Below, in pieces: positions 12,451-25,400 of a stretch of 64,000 bases of DNA. The notes under the pieces were generated by a model. The model worked only from the letters and a program-made list of their open reading frames with translations. It was not told where the DNA came from and made no database searches. The position numbers and the translations under genes are program-made. The DNA is from Octopus bimaculoides (taxonomy: Eukaryota): the NCBI RefSeq assembly GCF_001194135.2, contig NC_068983.1, forward strand, positions 59,796,226-59,860,225, in the 5' to 3' direction. Within the stretch, counting starts at the first letter, position 1, and each line of letters opens with the position of its first letter.

Positions 12451-13512
12451 GATCTTTTTTTGATACTTAATTTTACAAAAGATAATTACATGAAGATGAT
12501 TGTCCAAATAAACTACTGACCCAGTAGTATATAAATATGACAGCCTCTCACATTAAAGCTTTTAAATTTGTTGTAAACTTTTTGTAGAAAGAATAGAGAT
12601 CTATATTTGACCGTTTGTGAAGTTATTCAGTAATATTATTAACTCACATAACATTCTCTAGTTTTGTCTTTTTGTTCTTCATTTTTCAAATATTCATACA
12701 ATATTATTTGAGATATCCCTATTATGCCTTTGGGTCTTTTGGTTTTTTTAATATTCACATAATATCAATTGATTTAGCTGTCGTTCTTTATTTTTAGCAT
12801 TTTTTGTTCAAATATTCACACAATATCATTTGATTTACCCATCTATCCATCATTTTCCCTTTTTCCATTTATTTCAGCAAATTACATTCATTTATCTTTT
12901 CCTTGATTTGATAAAAAGCTTTAAATTCTCTTTGTATCTCTGCTGAATCCATCAATCAATCTAAGTTGCATTTCGATTTCTTTTATGATTTTCTCCTAAT
13001 CAATTGTTCCTCTTTGGTTTCATATCTTTAAATGATGTACATCATATATTTCTTACTAACTTTGTTTTATTTCGCTTAACTTTATTCAGTTCTTTCACAT
13101 GTTTTTAGGCAGTTTTGATAAGAGAATAAAGTCCTGAATCAAACTCTCAATCATTGATAGTTTACTGCATTACTGAGAAAATTCTTCAACTCTATTTGCT
13201 GAAGTTTATATCTCTAAATAATAGGCACATGAATTTTCCTCGTAATAGATTTAAGAAGAGAATCCAAGAACTGAACTCTTCAAAAACACATGCAAATCAT
13301 TGGGTAGAACGTTAAACATCATACAATACTCAATTCTTCCTTTCAGCAAATTCTAATCACTTTAAATACTGAAAACTTCCTAACCTTTATATAAATATGT
13401 CCAATGTAAATGACATGGATTTGGTTTTGATGTTGAGGAATAAAAACTAACCAAACTTGTTTGGTTATAGTTAAGTCTAGAATGTGTAATGTAAAGGAGC
13501 TTAAAATGTGTA

Positions 13513-13569
<57 letters not shown>

Positions 13570-14299
13570 GTATATGTGTATAAATATATATATGTATATA
13601 TANNNNNNNNNNNNNNNNNNNNNNNNNNNNNNNNNNNNNNNNNNNNNNNNNNNNNNNNNNNNNNNNNNNNNNNNNNNNNNNNNNNNNNNNNNNNNNNNNN
13701 NNNNNNNNNNNNNNNNNNNNNNNNNNNNNNNNNNNNNNNNNNNNNNNNNNNNNNNNNNNNNNNNNNNNNNNNNNNNNNNNNNNNNNNNNNNNNNNNNNNN
13801 NNNNNNNNNNNNNNNNNNNNNNNNNNNNNNNNNNNNNNNNNNNNNNNNNNNNNNNNNNNNNNNNNNNNNNNNNNNNNNNNNNNNNNNNNNNNNNNNNNNN
13901 NNNNNNNNNNNNNNNNNNNNNNNNNNNNNNNNNNNNNNNNNNNNNNNNNNNNNNNNNNNNNNNNNNNNNNNNNNNNNNNNNNNNNNNNNNNNNNNNNNNN
14001 NNNNNNNNNNNNNNNNNNNNNNNNNNNNATATATATATATATATGTATGTATATATGTGTGTGTATATGTAGTGAATTATGCACTATGTCATCAATAGTT
14101 AAGACAGTCTTTTGAGAATATAGTTGACTGAACTTAGTGTGTCCAGATAACATGTAAGGGATAATACTTCCTGTTTTATATTATCTTTTAAACAGTTGTG
14201 TATTTAGCTTTAATCGTAGCAAGGTTTTTATAATAAATGTTAATTACAAGTATTCTTTTATTAGTTCTTATTTATAAGGATATTTTAGTATTATCTATT

Positions 14300-14894
14300 A
14301 AATTACTGGTATAAGTTTAGCATTAAAGCATGCAAGGATAATCATATTTAATACATATGTGGTGTTTTAATTATTAGCTTTTGGATTATGAAATAGTGTA
14401 ATTCACTCAGAATTAGTTGTATTATTGGTTAGGTTCAATCGAGTTTGTTTTGTTTTGGAAAGAATAGGATATAAAAGCTTTCACTTTTATATTAATAACT
14501 ATGGAAGACTGGTGGGGATATTATCTGTATGGACTTCAAGGGCCAGGTTGCTATTTAGTTAGATAATTTAGGAGTTAGTTATAGGTTTACTTATTAAATT
14601 CATTTACCGATACTGTTTTTGTACACAGGGTAAATGTGTTTCGTTGTTGTAGTTTAATTAATAATGTTAGTGTTTAATCCTTCCTAGAATTAAGATTGAA
14701 TGAATGTGGTGATACCTAAGGTATGTTTGTTTCCAAACAACACTTATTTTAGTGCTGTTGACACTGTTGGATTGAATGGTACTGCCCAGGTGTCAAAATC
14801 ACAGTGATATCTGTGGGGCAGCTGATGATGGAGGTATGTTGGATTGTTGCTATGGCTGTTATTGTATGTGTGGAATAGTTTTATAACATCCATT

Positions 14895-14933
<39 letters not shown>

Positions 14934-15160
14934 TATATATATGGGGTGGGGTATATGTGGGAGATTCTGGCTGGAGAATCTAGCACCTTAACTGTGGTAT
15001 CGAAAGCCATAGAGTTAAGGACCTGATACTGTATCTGAAATATCAAATGAACTAACATCTCAACAGAAAATGCAAATAAGAGCAGCTTTGTCCAACTCTG
15101 CTTTACCAGAACCAAGTCTGGTAAGAGGGCCAGGAATCTCATTAATGATATTGCTCTGGC
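14300..15160 (-). mobile_element. Highly decayed LINE RT remnant (possibly I/Jockey group)
   Basis: The minus frame ELDKAALICIFC*DVSSFDISD...LYGFR resembles RT motif A (LDKG...GIFLDLSKAFD...YGFRG). Downstream HTLGITTF and NLALEVHTDNIPTSLP resemble later RT motifs. Many stops. Confidence 0.3.
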
Positions 15161-15325
15161 TCCTGGCTGAAATCAATAAAAGTAGAAAGGGGTGTATATT
15201 TGCAAATATAAAACTACCCAACCCTATTCAGTGTAAACATCTATTATGGAGGCATCAGTAATATATTTTACACTTCTGTAAATAAACTTGTTTTACCCAT
15301 GGACAAACATACAGAAGTGTTTATA

Positions 15326-15470
15326 TTAACCCTTTTGTTGCTATATTTCTGTTCAAGTACATTGCTGTTGTTTCATTTAATTTTGAGAATAATGAAGAAT
15401 TTAAGTAAAATAACTTTATCATTGAGCTGGTGTTTGAAATATAAATTAACACAAAATTTTGATTACTTTT
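15326..15470 (+). mobile_element. piggyBac-type MITE, 5' half
   Basis: ttaacccttttgttgctatatttctg...aattaacacaaaattttga; no right TIR seen. Confidence 0.6.
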
Positions 15471-15716
15471 GAAGACTGATCGTAATCTTAGAAAATTATT
15501 TCCAAATTTAAACAATTCAATTTTGATACTTAAAAGTATTTAACAGTTCAGTTTGCAAAATCTAAGCTCAGGAAGTTTCTAGGAAGTTACTTTCCTGTGA
15601 ACCACTATCCTTTCATTAAATGTGTACTTTCATGTTGATAAAATAGCAGATATTTGACTGTATTTATTTCAATGAGAAATACTTGAAGATTCAATGATAT
15701 TTTTTATACATTTCAG

Positions 15717-15824
15717 AAATATCAAATGAGACTAAAAACAGAGGAGAAAAAACATTCAACAATAGTTGCTGAAACTGCAAAAAAAGTGAGCCAGTTGCTA
15801 GAGAAGAAAGTAAAGGCTGTAAAG
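15717..15824 (+). CDS. CACNA2D: Internal coding exon (108 bp, phase 0/0) of a voltage-dependent calcium channel alpha-2/delta subunit-like gene (N-terminal helical region before the VWA_N domain)
   Basis: Acceptor tttttatacatttcag (AG at 15715-15716) and donor aaag|gtaagg (GT at 15825) bound a stop-free 36-codon frame, KYQMRLKTEEKKHSTIVAETAKKVSQLLEKKVKAVK. It aligns without gaps to the recalled human CACNA2D1 segment [36 protein letters not shown] and the CACNA2D3 segment EYEKDVAIEEIDGLQLVKKLAKNMEEMFHKKSEAVR (10/36 identities each, hydrophobic pattern kept). It also ends where I recall the vertebrate exon ending (KAV/EAVR|RL). The paralogue cannot be assigned. It is too short to appear in the ORF track. 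Confidence 0.72.
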
Positions 15825-17081
15825 GTAAGGAATTTGCTAAAATCAAACCTCATTTGTTTGTTTCTATAGTTTCTTTTTATCATTCTCTTACTTTTGCAGA
15901 TATGTTATTTAGAAATATTTTATATGCATCCAAGTTTTGTTGTTTAAATATTGTGAGAAAATTTTCTGATGCCTTTTCTTTCAACATGGTTTCAAAGGTT
16001 ATTTGAAAATGTACATTGTATTTGTGTATTTCTTTTTTCTCAAAAAATTTTTGAATGAATGTGTAGAAATAGAAAATTGCCTCTTTATCTGGAATTGTTT
16101 ATATGGATTCCATTTTCTTTCCATTTTTGTCTATTTGTTTGTCTGTATGTCTGCCTGTCTCTCTTTATCTCTCTCTCTCTCTCTCTCCATCCTTCTCTCT
16201 CTCTCTCACTTTCTTATAAGAATGTGTTAAGCCAAATGTTATTTTCTTAAATGAAATTTGAAAAAAAATATATATTTGGTTTACAATCATGCTTGTCTAA
16301 ACAGAATTTTAGTTCACGAAAAGTTTCTCAACATCTTTGTTTCTGACAGCAGCAATAAATTTATTATGTAAAACCTTTGTTAGGTTACATAATAGATATA
16401 TTAAATAAAAAGTGAGAAAGAAATTTAATCAAAAATTATTAAATGTGATAAAAATAATTTCTAGGTTTTCCACAACTACCGTAACAGTTTTCAGACTTGC
16501 TGGAACAGTAAATTATTAAAGTTAAAGCAGTTAATAGCTTCAACTTTTATGCATGGTTAGCCATCATTTCAGGATGTTTTGTTTGTTATCTTTACATGGA
16601 AAGAAAAGAGGTGCAATAAATAAACTAAAAGGAATACAAAATTAAACCTGTGTTTGTATCATGAATACTTTTAATGTATGGTTATCAGTTTACAATTTTT
16701 TGATGAGGGTATTACATTTAGTCTCTGAGCAAATCAGTTTCATGTACTTAACTGTATTTACATTGCCAAAACAATCAGTTAGCAGTTTGTATTAGAAAGT
16801 TAACCTGTTGTTGAAGAGCATCCTCTCTATTTTAAAATTTCTCTTCATCTGTAGAGAATGTCCATCTAGTGATTATGAAATTGTACATTATATTCTCATC
16901 TATGACTGATCTTCAAAACTGGTAAAGCATTATTATCAAGGTGTTTCAATGGAATTAGTTTCCTGTAAGAGAAATATTTTCTGTTAGTCTCACAGATATA
17001 AGAATATACATTTCTTCATCATGAATATTTTAGATCAAATGAAACTGGCCGTTATATAAAGTGATTCTATCTCCATCTGTC

Positions 17082-17083
<2 letters not shown>

Positions 17084-17149
<66 letters not shown>
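17084..17149. repeat. (CT)n microsatellite
   Basis: Near-pure CT run. Confidence 0.95.
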
Positions 17150-17349
17150 TGTTTTCATTTTTAATTGCTTAGAAGAGACATGAGGAATAGTTTGAAATGA
17201 ATGCTATCATTTTATCCCAGCTGAATAGTAAAATTATAACAACCTGTTCATGCAGTATAATAAATTTGAAGAAAGTTAATCTTCATTCATTCAATGCAAG
17301 ATAGATGAATTATTTACGATTGATGTTTTGTTCCCATATATATGTGTGA

Positions 17350-17911
17350 GAGTGTGTGTGAGTAACATTTCTAAGAGAGGAATGTTTGATTTGTTTCTTA
17401 TGTACCCTGGCCCAATATATTAATCTTTATCCTGTTTGACCAATATAATCCTCATTGCATTGTGGGCATGTGATGGAGTAAGTGAGAATTTTTGTTTTAT
17501 AGTTCATAATTGCATTAACTTTCAATTCCTTCCCATTTTTGAATATTTAGGTTTTGCTTTGTACAATTATTTGACACTTCCCACAATGAAGGTCTCTCTT
17601 TGTTACCTTCATTAGTTCTTCTGATTTTAATTTCATCTTTCTTGGTGGTTGTTTTCAGCTTTTGATAATTTGTGATTCTTTAATTAGTTATCTAAGATTT
17701 GATGATTAATGTAGAATTGGAGATTATTGTTTGGCTTAAAGTATGATATTAGTTTCTAGAATTATAGATGATGACAAATGGAATATCTACATTTGTGTTT
17801 TTTTGTTTCACCTTCATTACGAGTATTTCTCCATAAAGTAGAGATTGGGATCTCTTTTGTCTTGGTTATGGTATAATTTACCAAATTTTCTAGGTGTGTT
17901 TGTTCTTGAAG
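17350..17911 (-). mobile_element. Penelope-like element fragment: RT thumb/linker and GIY-YIG endonuclease
   Basis: A single minus frame over 17350-17600 reads HCGKCQIIVQSKT*IFKNGKELKVNAIMNYKTKILTYSITCPQCNEDYIGQTG*RLIYWARVHKKQIK (GIY-YIG bipartite motif with CxxC and the His). Upstream reads TITKTKEIPISTL...DIPFVIIYNSRN, the PLE IPFVxTYNP motif. Confidence 0.82.
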
Positions 17912-18884
17912 GAATATTTTTAGTTCAATGAGTCATCTCTCTTGACTACATATGTCTGTAACTATTGAATATATATTATAAACAAGAAAAATTGAGAAGT
18001 AATAGATTTACAGCAGAATATGTTTAAACACTAGATCATCTAAAGATTTTGACAATTTTGACAGAATGAATAACATACAGAATTTTACCAATTAATATTA
18101 GTATTCCATTGGTTTTTCAATTCCTGTAACTCCTAAAACTTATATCACCTGAAGTTTACAACCACACTGATAGTCTATTTCATTTACTGAGAATTCAGAT
18201 AACCTAATATAATATTGATGAAGACAGCTAATCACATGACACTCATGCATATGTATTATGTGCAGCTGATGTATTTGTTGCATTGAGATAAAATATTTTT
18301 ATAGTTTTAAATTGATCAATAAGTCCATAGATTTCTTTTACTCTGCTACATCCTCTATCTTATAAATGGCTATTCTTTTTTTGTAATGACAGCTGAAATT
18401 AGTAAACTGTCTTGAGAGATGAGAAATGTTCTCTTTATAAGTTCATCTGATGAAAGATTAATTAAAATTATATGGGAATTTTGTTTGTTGTAACATTTAT
18501 TATTGTTTGTTTTTTTTTTTTTTTTTGTAACAATGAAATGGTGATTAGGAAAGCTTGTCTCTGAAGGTTGTTGCCAGTGAAGTCATTGGTAATGCACAGG
18601 CTAATTAATGGGTGTGTCAAAAAAAAATGTGCTGGAGAGAATTAACACAAGATGATATTAATGGCAAAATCAGCATTAAATTATGAGGTAACCTATATCA
18701 ATACAACTTTGCTTTTAGAGAGACAGAAAGAGTTAAATAAAGGGGGATAACAATTAACAGCCTAGAATCTGTTAAATAATAACGTCATTAATAGTCAAGA
18801 CAAAATTGAATAGCTTACTGGAAACTTCATTAGATGACAAAGTATCATCAACATCGTATAATGTTTGATTTATTTCAATAATAA

Positions 18885-19347
18885 TAATGATGATGATGAT
18901 GATGATTTCAAATTTTGGCACAAAGCTAGCAATTTCAGTTGCAGGATAAGCCAATTACATCAACCCAAGTGGTCAACTTGTACTATTTTATCAACCCTGG
19001 AAGGATGAAAGGTAAAATCGATCTTTGCAAAATTTTGAACTCAGCATATAAAAAACAGATGAAATGCTGCTAAACATTTTGTCCAGCATGCTCATGATTC
19101 TGCCAGCTCATCATCTTAATAATAATAATAATAATCCTTTCTACTATAGGCACAAGGCCTGAAATTTTGGGGGAAAGGCAAGTCAATTACATCAACCCCA
19201 GTGCTCAACTAATACTTAATTTATCGACCCCGAAAAGATGAAAGGCAAAGCCAACCTCGGTGGAATTTGAACTCAGAATATAGCGGCAAACAAAATACTG
19301 CTAAGCATTTTGCCTGGTATGCTAACAATTCTGCCAGCACACCGCCT
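18885..19347 (-). mobile_element. Head-to-tail dimer of (ATT)n-tailed tRNA-derived SINE family C (two tail variants)
   Basis: The reverse complement reads aggcggtgtgctggcagaattgttagc...ttctgagttcaaattccaccgagg...gtgcctatagtagaaaggattattattatt, immediately followed by a second unit ending ...tgtgccaaaatttgaaatcatcatc. Confidence 0.8.
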
Positions 19348-19943
19348 AAATAATAATAACAACAACAATGATAATAATAATAATGATAATGATAATGTTT
19401 AGCTGATGAAGTGCTTCATTTAATTTTCACGTTCAGAACATTAACAGGAAAAAAATTTCACCTCACTTCTCTTCTCTGTAGGAAAGCACCTTATGCTGTA
19501 ATCTTCAGTTTTTTTCCCTCAAATTAGTAACAAACTATTTCTATGTTTTTAAACAGTCATGGTGTCAGCCATCAACTTCATTCATATGTGGTGTTGATTT
19601 GGATTTGGTAATTAGGATAAATGTAGAGTGTGACAAACTGATTTATATTTTGTTAAGCTCATAACTCATTCCACATACATGTAAAAACAATTGGGCAGGA
19701 GAGCTTAATGAAGGAAAAAATTGCTAAAAAAAAAAGTGAGGTTAAGATATGAGAACCTTGCATCATACAGATGAAATAATTTATGATTTGGTGTGTCACA
19801 AGCTCATGCCATCCATTGAAAAATATTATTAAAAAACATCATTATGGGAGGACGTCATCATTGTTGTTGTGGCAGAGTTGAAGTCATTAACATTTTTTAA
19901 GTTAGAATTAGTGTAGAAAGTAGGGGAAATGATAGCAACCATG

Positions 19944-20004
<61 letters not shown>

Positions 20005-20011
20005 CGCATGT

Positions 20012-20420
20012 GTGCAGGTCTGGCTGTGTGGTTAAGAGGTTCAATTTCCAATTGTGAGATTTTGGGTTCAGTCCCACTGCATGACACCTTGGGCCAGTGT
20101 TTTCTACTATAGCCTATCTGAGAGAATTTGGCTGATGAAATTTGTGTGAAAGCCTGCCATGTATGTATGTGGTGTGTGTGTGGGTGTGTGTGTGTGGGTG
20201 TGTGTGTGGGCGTGCGTGTGCATGTCTTTATGTTTACCTGCATATAACTGACAACCAGTGTTGATTTGTTTACATCCCTGTAACTCGTTGATTCAGCAAA
20301 AAAAGATAGATAAAATACCAAACTTAAAAAAGATTAAGTATTAAACCATTCTGACTTAACCCTTAAAGGCAGTGCCTCATCATGGCTGCACTTCAATGAC
20401 TAAAATTATTAAAAGAAAGA
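20012..20420 (+). mobile_element. Composite SINE family B with 3' module X
   Basis: Head (tggctgtgtgg A box, ggttcagtccc B box), internal TG repeat, then module X (gacaaccagtgttg...agaataaaatacc...ggcagtgcctcatcatggctgca...aaaagaaaga). Confidence 0.75.
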
Positions 20421-23400
20421 AAGAATGCATGTGTGTGTGTACACATATGTAAGCACATGAAGGTAAAACAAATACTAAATATATGTTTAAGCTGAAAAAC
20501 TTCCTGAACTGTTTGTTATCTTGAGTTTCATGTAATCAAAATTTTTGTCTGATGATTAGTTACATTAAAGTCAGTTTGACAGGGTTAAGTTTATCAGCTC
20601 CAGTAAAAGACACACATCCTTCTCTATTTTTGTATGTATGCATACACACACACACACATGCATTCATGCAGACACACATACACACATACTTACAGATATA
20701 GGTGGATATGCATAAATGTATATGCATGTGTCTTTGTCCCTCCCTGTCTTCCTCTCTCTTTTCCTGTCTCTTTTCTCATCTTAATATTATCTAACTAACT
20801 CTCCTTCTATCACTCTCTACTGTGGTATACAACTTTGCTTACCCATAACATGCATTACTGGTGAGTATAAGGGCATGCAATGAACATCATATTTTATTGT
20901 TTGTTATATAATACCAAGGATGTAGGTTGCTGGCTTATGAAAAACAGGTGTATATATATAAAGCTTAAAAATAAAATATCAATTATCTTTTCTGTTTATT
21001 ATTAACTACACATACACACACAAACACACACACACATATATATAAGAGCTTTTGGTGATTAGAAGTTTGTAATGTGTCTGCTAAATGTACTATTTTGATA
21101 AAATCATTGTTCTACTAAGTAATCACCATTTTCTTTGTATTATTCGACAGTCATTATGTAATATAATTGATACATCTCTTAAGCAAATATTTGTCCTCGC
21201 AGCAGGACACTTTACAGGATATGCTTAGGAAGAAAAAAAATTGTCTACAGTAATAAATAACTGGTGAAGTATGTAGTTTAAGAAGGGAAATTAGTGCCAA
21301 GCTGCCTTTCAAACTAATTCTGGATATTGGCACCTATCTTTGCCAAACAAATTATCAAGTTTATTGAGTACAAAAAGTAAACTTCCTTTCATTCAGAATC
21401 TGTTACTTAGGAAATTTGCTTTTGTACTCAACTATTGGATTATTCTACAGATATATTTGTTTACATTCTAATTTTGTTTGATTTTTTTTTTTTTGTTAGT
21501 TTTGATAATAATAATTGTTTCTTAATTTAGTAATAGTAACTATAATTATTGCTGGCAGAAGTAGGGTGGGGGTAGGGTGAATTGATGCCAATCATAGGAA
21601 GTTACACTAGTTGCAATGCATCTAGATGATTGATTGAAGTTCAGATCCTGGCAACAGTAATGGATATTATGTCTTCAAAACTGTGACAAAACAAATGCTA
21701 TTAACACAGTGAAGTTGAATAAGATTTGCCTTTTAGGCACCATGTTACAGAACCAATTTCACAGAAAACCATGTATGGGACTCAATTTCAATTTCACGGA
21801 CTATATCCCTGCTTGCTGTTATCAGGGCAGAGATTGCTGTCCACAAGTGCAAACCTCATGAGTCAAGTGGCTGTTCCAGGGTATCTCCCTCGCTGTCCTC
21901 TGGGGCAATGCCTTTTCCATTTTGTCTGTTGGTGCCATGAGAAATGTTTGCATATTGTGAGAGGCAAGATTCTCCATTAATAGAAGCTTCGTTTAACTAA
22001 AACTAAGCCCACTTTGTTTCTTATAAATGGTAGTAATGTGATTTAAGTGAGATTCTAGTTATTACACATAAGTCATGAAATCCCATCTTTCTATTTTGAT
22101 TTGAGAGAGATTATGCTCATATAATATCCTTTATCATTGCCATCACAATCAGCATCATTAGCATCATCATCATCACCACCATTATCATCATGATCACCAT
22201 AATCATCATAATTGTCATCAATGCCATTGTCACTACCACCACCACCACCATCATCATCACATCACCATCATCATCATCATATTTATATTTTGGCACAATA
22301 AAATGTCTTTGGATCAGTTTCCCAATTTCTTTCATTGGTTCATACTTTCTGAGTTTAGTTAAAACAACAACAACAATTATTTATTTTTTCTTAAATGATA
22401 ACGTATGGAGATTATTGTATAACACTGAAGATTAAATTATTTTTTATGAACATCAAAAATTACTTTGTACAGCATTTCTAAGTTTTTTGATTTTTTCTGG
22501 TTACTTTTATTTATTTTTTTTTTTTTCATCTTTTCATTTTTATAGTCTGTTCAATCTATTTGATAAAGACAATAATAGGCTATATGAAAACAGAATACCT
22601 GTTCATTTTTGAATAAAATAAAGCTGTTCTTTTACATCTATTGCCATAGTTCTCTACCTTCTCTCATCATTGCTTCTCGTCTTAATCAGTTTGTTTCATG
22701 ATTCAAAATTAAATTCATTCTCAAACTAGTCAATAGTATATATATGTTATCATATTTAAATTTATTTTAGCTTTTCTAATTTGCTCTGTGTTGTGCAGAA
22801 AGACATATTTTTAAATTATTCAATTATATATACTACATGATATTTAAATTTATTTCTGTTCTTTAGATTTGATCTATGTTATGCATAAAATAGATATTGT
22901 TTATTTAATGAGGAGGTATTAAAGTATAAATATGCATATTAGGCTATCCACCATAGTGTTAGCCTATTTCATGATTGCTTTATAAGCAGTTGATCTATAC
23001 TTTTGATTGAAAAAGGAAGTATGTCGTTAACTAAAAATTTTCTAAGTGGTGCACCAGCATGGCCGCCGTCTAATGACTGAAACAAGTAAAAGATAAAGGA
23101 TGATAGCATCTGACTTAAGCAGGTATTAACTAGTGAATTAAAATTTATTTGAATGTGTGATAAGTCATTCAACTTAAACTTCATGGAATAAAGAATGAAT
23201 CTACGAATTCTTTCTATTCCTCCGTTTTTTTTAGTAAACAATTACATGTTTTAACTTCTTTAGAATATGAATAAAACAATTTACGATGGAATCTATTATC
23301 ATTCAGAATATTTAATTTTAGCAAAGTCCTTATTCAAAGCAAACCCCACAAAGCATTGTCTTTTGATACTTGACTTACTATAGTTCACCATCACTGTTTT

Positions 23401-23640
23401 GTTAAATATTTTAGTTTTAATGAACACCTCAGGCTAATTTTTAAGAGTATAGAATGAAATAATATCTGCTAAACATTTTTTTTTTTTTAATTATTTGATT
23501 GTTTTAAAATAACTTTATATAATGAGCAAATCTTAAGGAACAGCTATCATATCACCTTTCTTCTGTTTCAACTGGTTTACTATTTCTTCATTGTTAGTTT
23601 TTTGGGGTTTTTTTCAAAGGTTTCTTTTGTGAATCTCTTC

Positions 23641-24030
23641 CCTTTTACTTGTTTCAGTCATTAGACTACAGCCATGCTGAGGCACTGCCTGGAAGCATTT
23701 CAGTCAACTGAATTGACCCCATTGCTTTTTTTTTTTTTAATCCTGGTACTTATTCTATTAGTGTCTTTTGCCAAAGTGCTAAGTTATGAGGATCTAAACA
23801 CACCAATACCAGTTGTCAAGTGGTGGTGTTGGAGGCAGGCACAAAGGCATACACATACACACACACACACACACACAATGGGTTTCTTTCAGTTTCCATC
23901 TACCAAATCCACTCACAAAGCTTTGGTCAGTCTGAGACTATAGTAGAAGGCACTAGCCCAGTGTGTCATGCAGTGGGACTGAACCTGGAACCATGTGGTT
24001 TGAAAGCAAACTTTTTACCACACAGCCATG
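23641..24030 (-). mobile_element. Composite SINE family B with module X
   Basis: Reverse complement of head, (TG)n and module X, as at 26377-26757. Confidence 0.75.
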
Positions 24031-24334
24031 CATCATTCATTCAATTATGTCACACTGTTCTTATACATTGAAACATTTGAGTGAATTTTCACTTTGGGAG
24101 ATGAGTATTAACTTCCTTATACATAATTTCAAAAGAATTGTGTATTTCAGATTAAATATGTTATGTGGAGGTGCTTGCATTCTGTGGTGAAAAAAATGAT
24201 AATAGTAAAATAGCTGTAGTACAGATTTATATCAGTGCATCATTTAGATTATTTGAAATATATTATTTCTTAATTATTTCCTTTCCCTATTCTATTCTCC
24301 ATTTCCTATGTATCAGTCAAGCACTAGGGTCAAT

Positions 24335-24417
24335 GCAATCAGTTTGCCCCATCCCCTTAAAATTTCAGGCCTTATACCTATAGTAGAAAGTATTATTATT
24401 ATTATTATTATTATTTC
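24335..24417 (+). mobile_element. 3' end of SINE family C with (ATT)n tail
   Basis: ccccttaaaatttcaggccttatacctatagtagaaagtattattattatt matches the family C tail. Confidence 0.65.
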
Positions 24418-24419
24418 TT

Positions 24420-24600
24420 TTTATCACATGTTGTGTTGGAATTCCTGGAGTCTTGCATGTATCGCAGGCTTGCAACCTGCAGCCTATGGTACCATGCTAT
24501 CCATTCTTTCCTGATATCTAATACTTTCCTAATTATTTTGGCCATGCCAAGGATGCAAGCCTTTTGTAACAGTTTTACTGGGCACTCTATTCCAAATTAT
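24420..24600 (-). mobile_element. Extreme 3' end of a Dong/R4-clade non-LTR retrotransposon (copy 1)
   Basis: The minus frame FGIECPVKLLQKACILGMAKIIRKVLDI matches the LQKxxLLGTARILRKVL C-terminus of the R4/Dong ORF. It is flanked on both sides by (AAT)n. Confidence 0.7.
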
Positions 24601-24602
24601 TA

Positions 24603-25400
<798 letters not shown>

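Noticed and set aside
12640-13400. Three imperfect repeats of about 60 bp and a purine-rich minus strand suggesting a TE ORF
   Set aside because: Frames are riddled with stops and I recognised no motif.
14120-14740. Mitochondrial insertion (NUMT), suggested by AT richness and G/T skew
   Set aside because: No recognisable mitochondrial protein, rRNA or tRNA motif; it is better explained as a decayed minus-strand LINE.
18540-18700. Homeobox-site-rich putative enhancer (several TAAT/ATTA)
   Set aside because: TAAT is expected frequently at this AT content; the call cannot be supported without conservation or chromatin data.
21726-21980. GC-richer island with an 84-aa ORF
   Set aside because: No splice signals or domain; it may be an old RTE 3' end, but the similarity is too weak to call.
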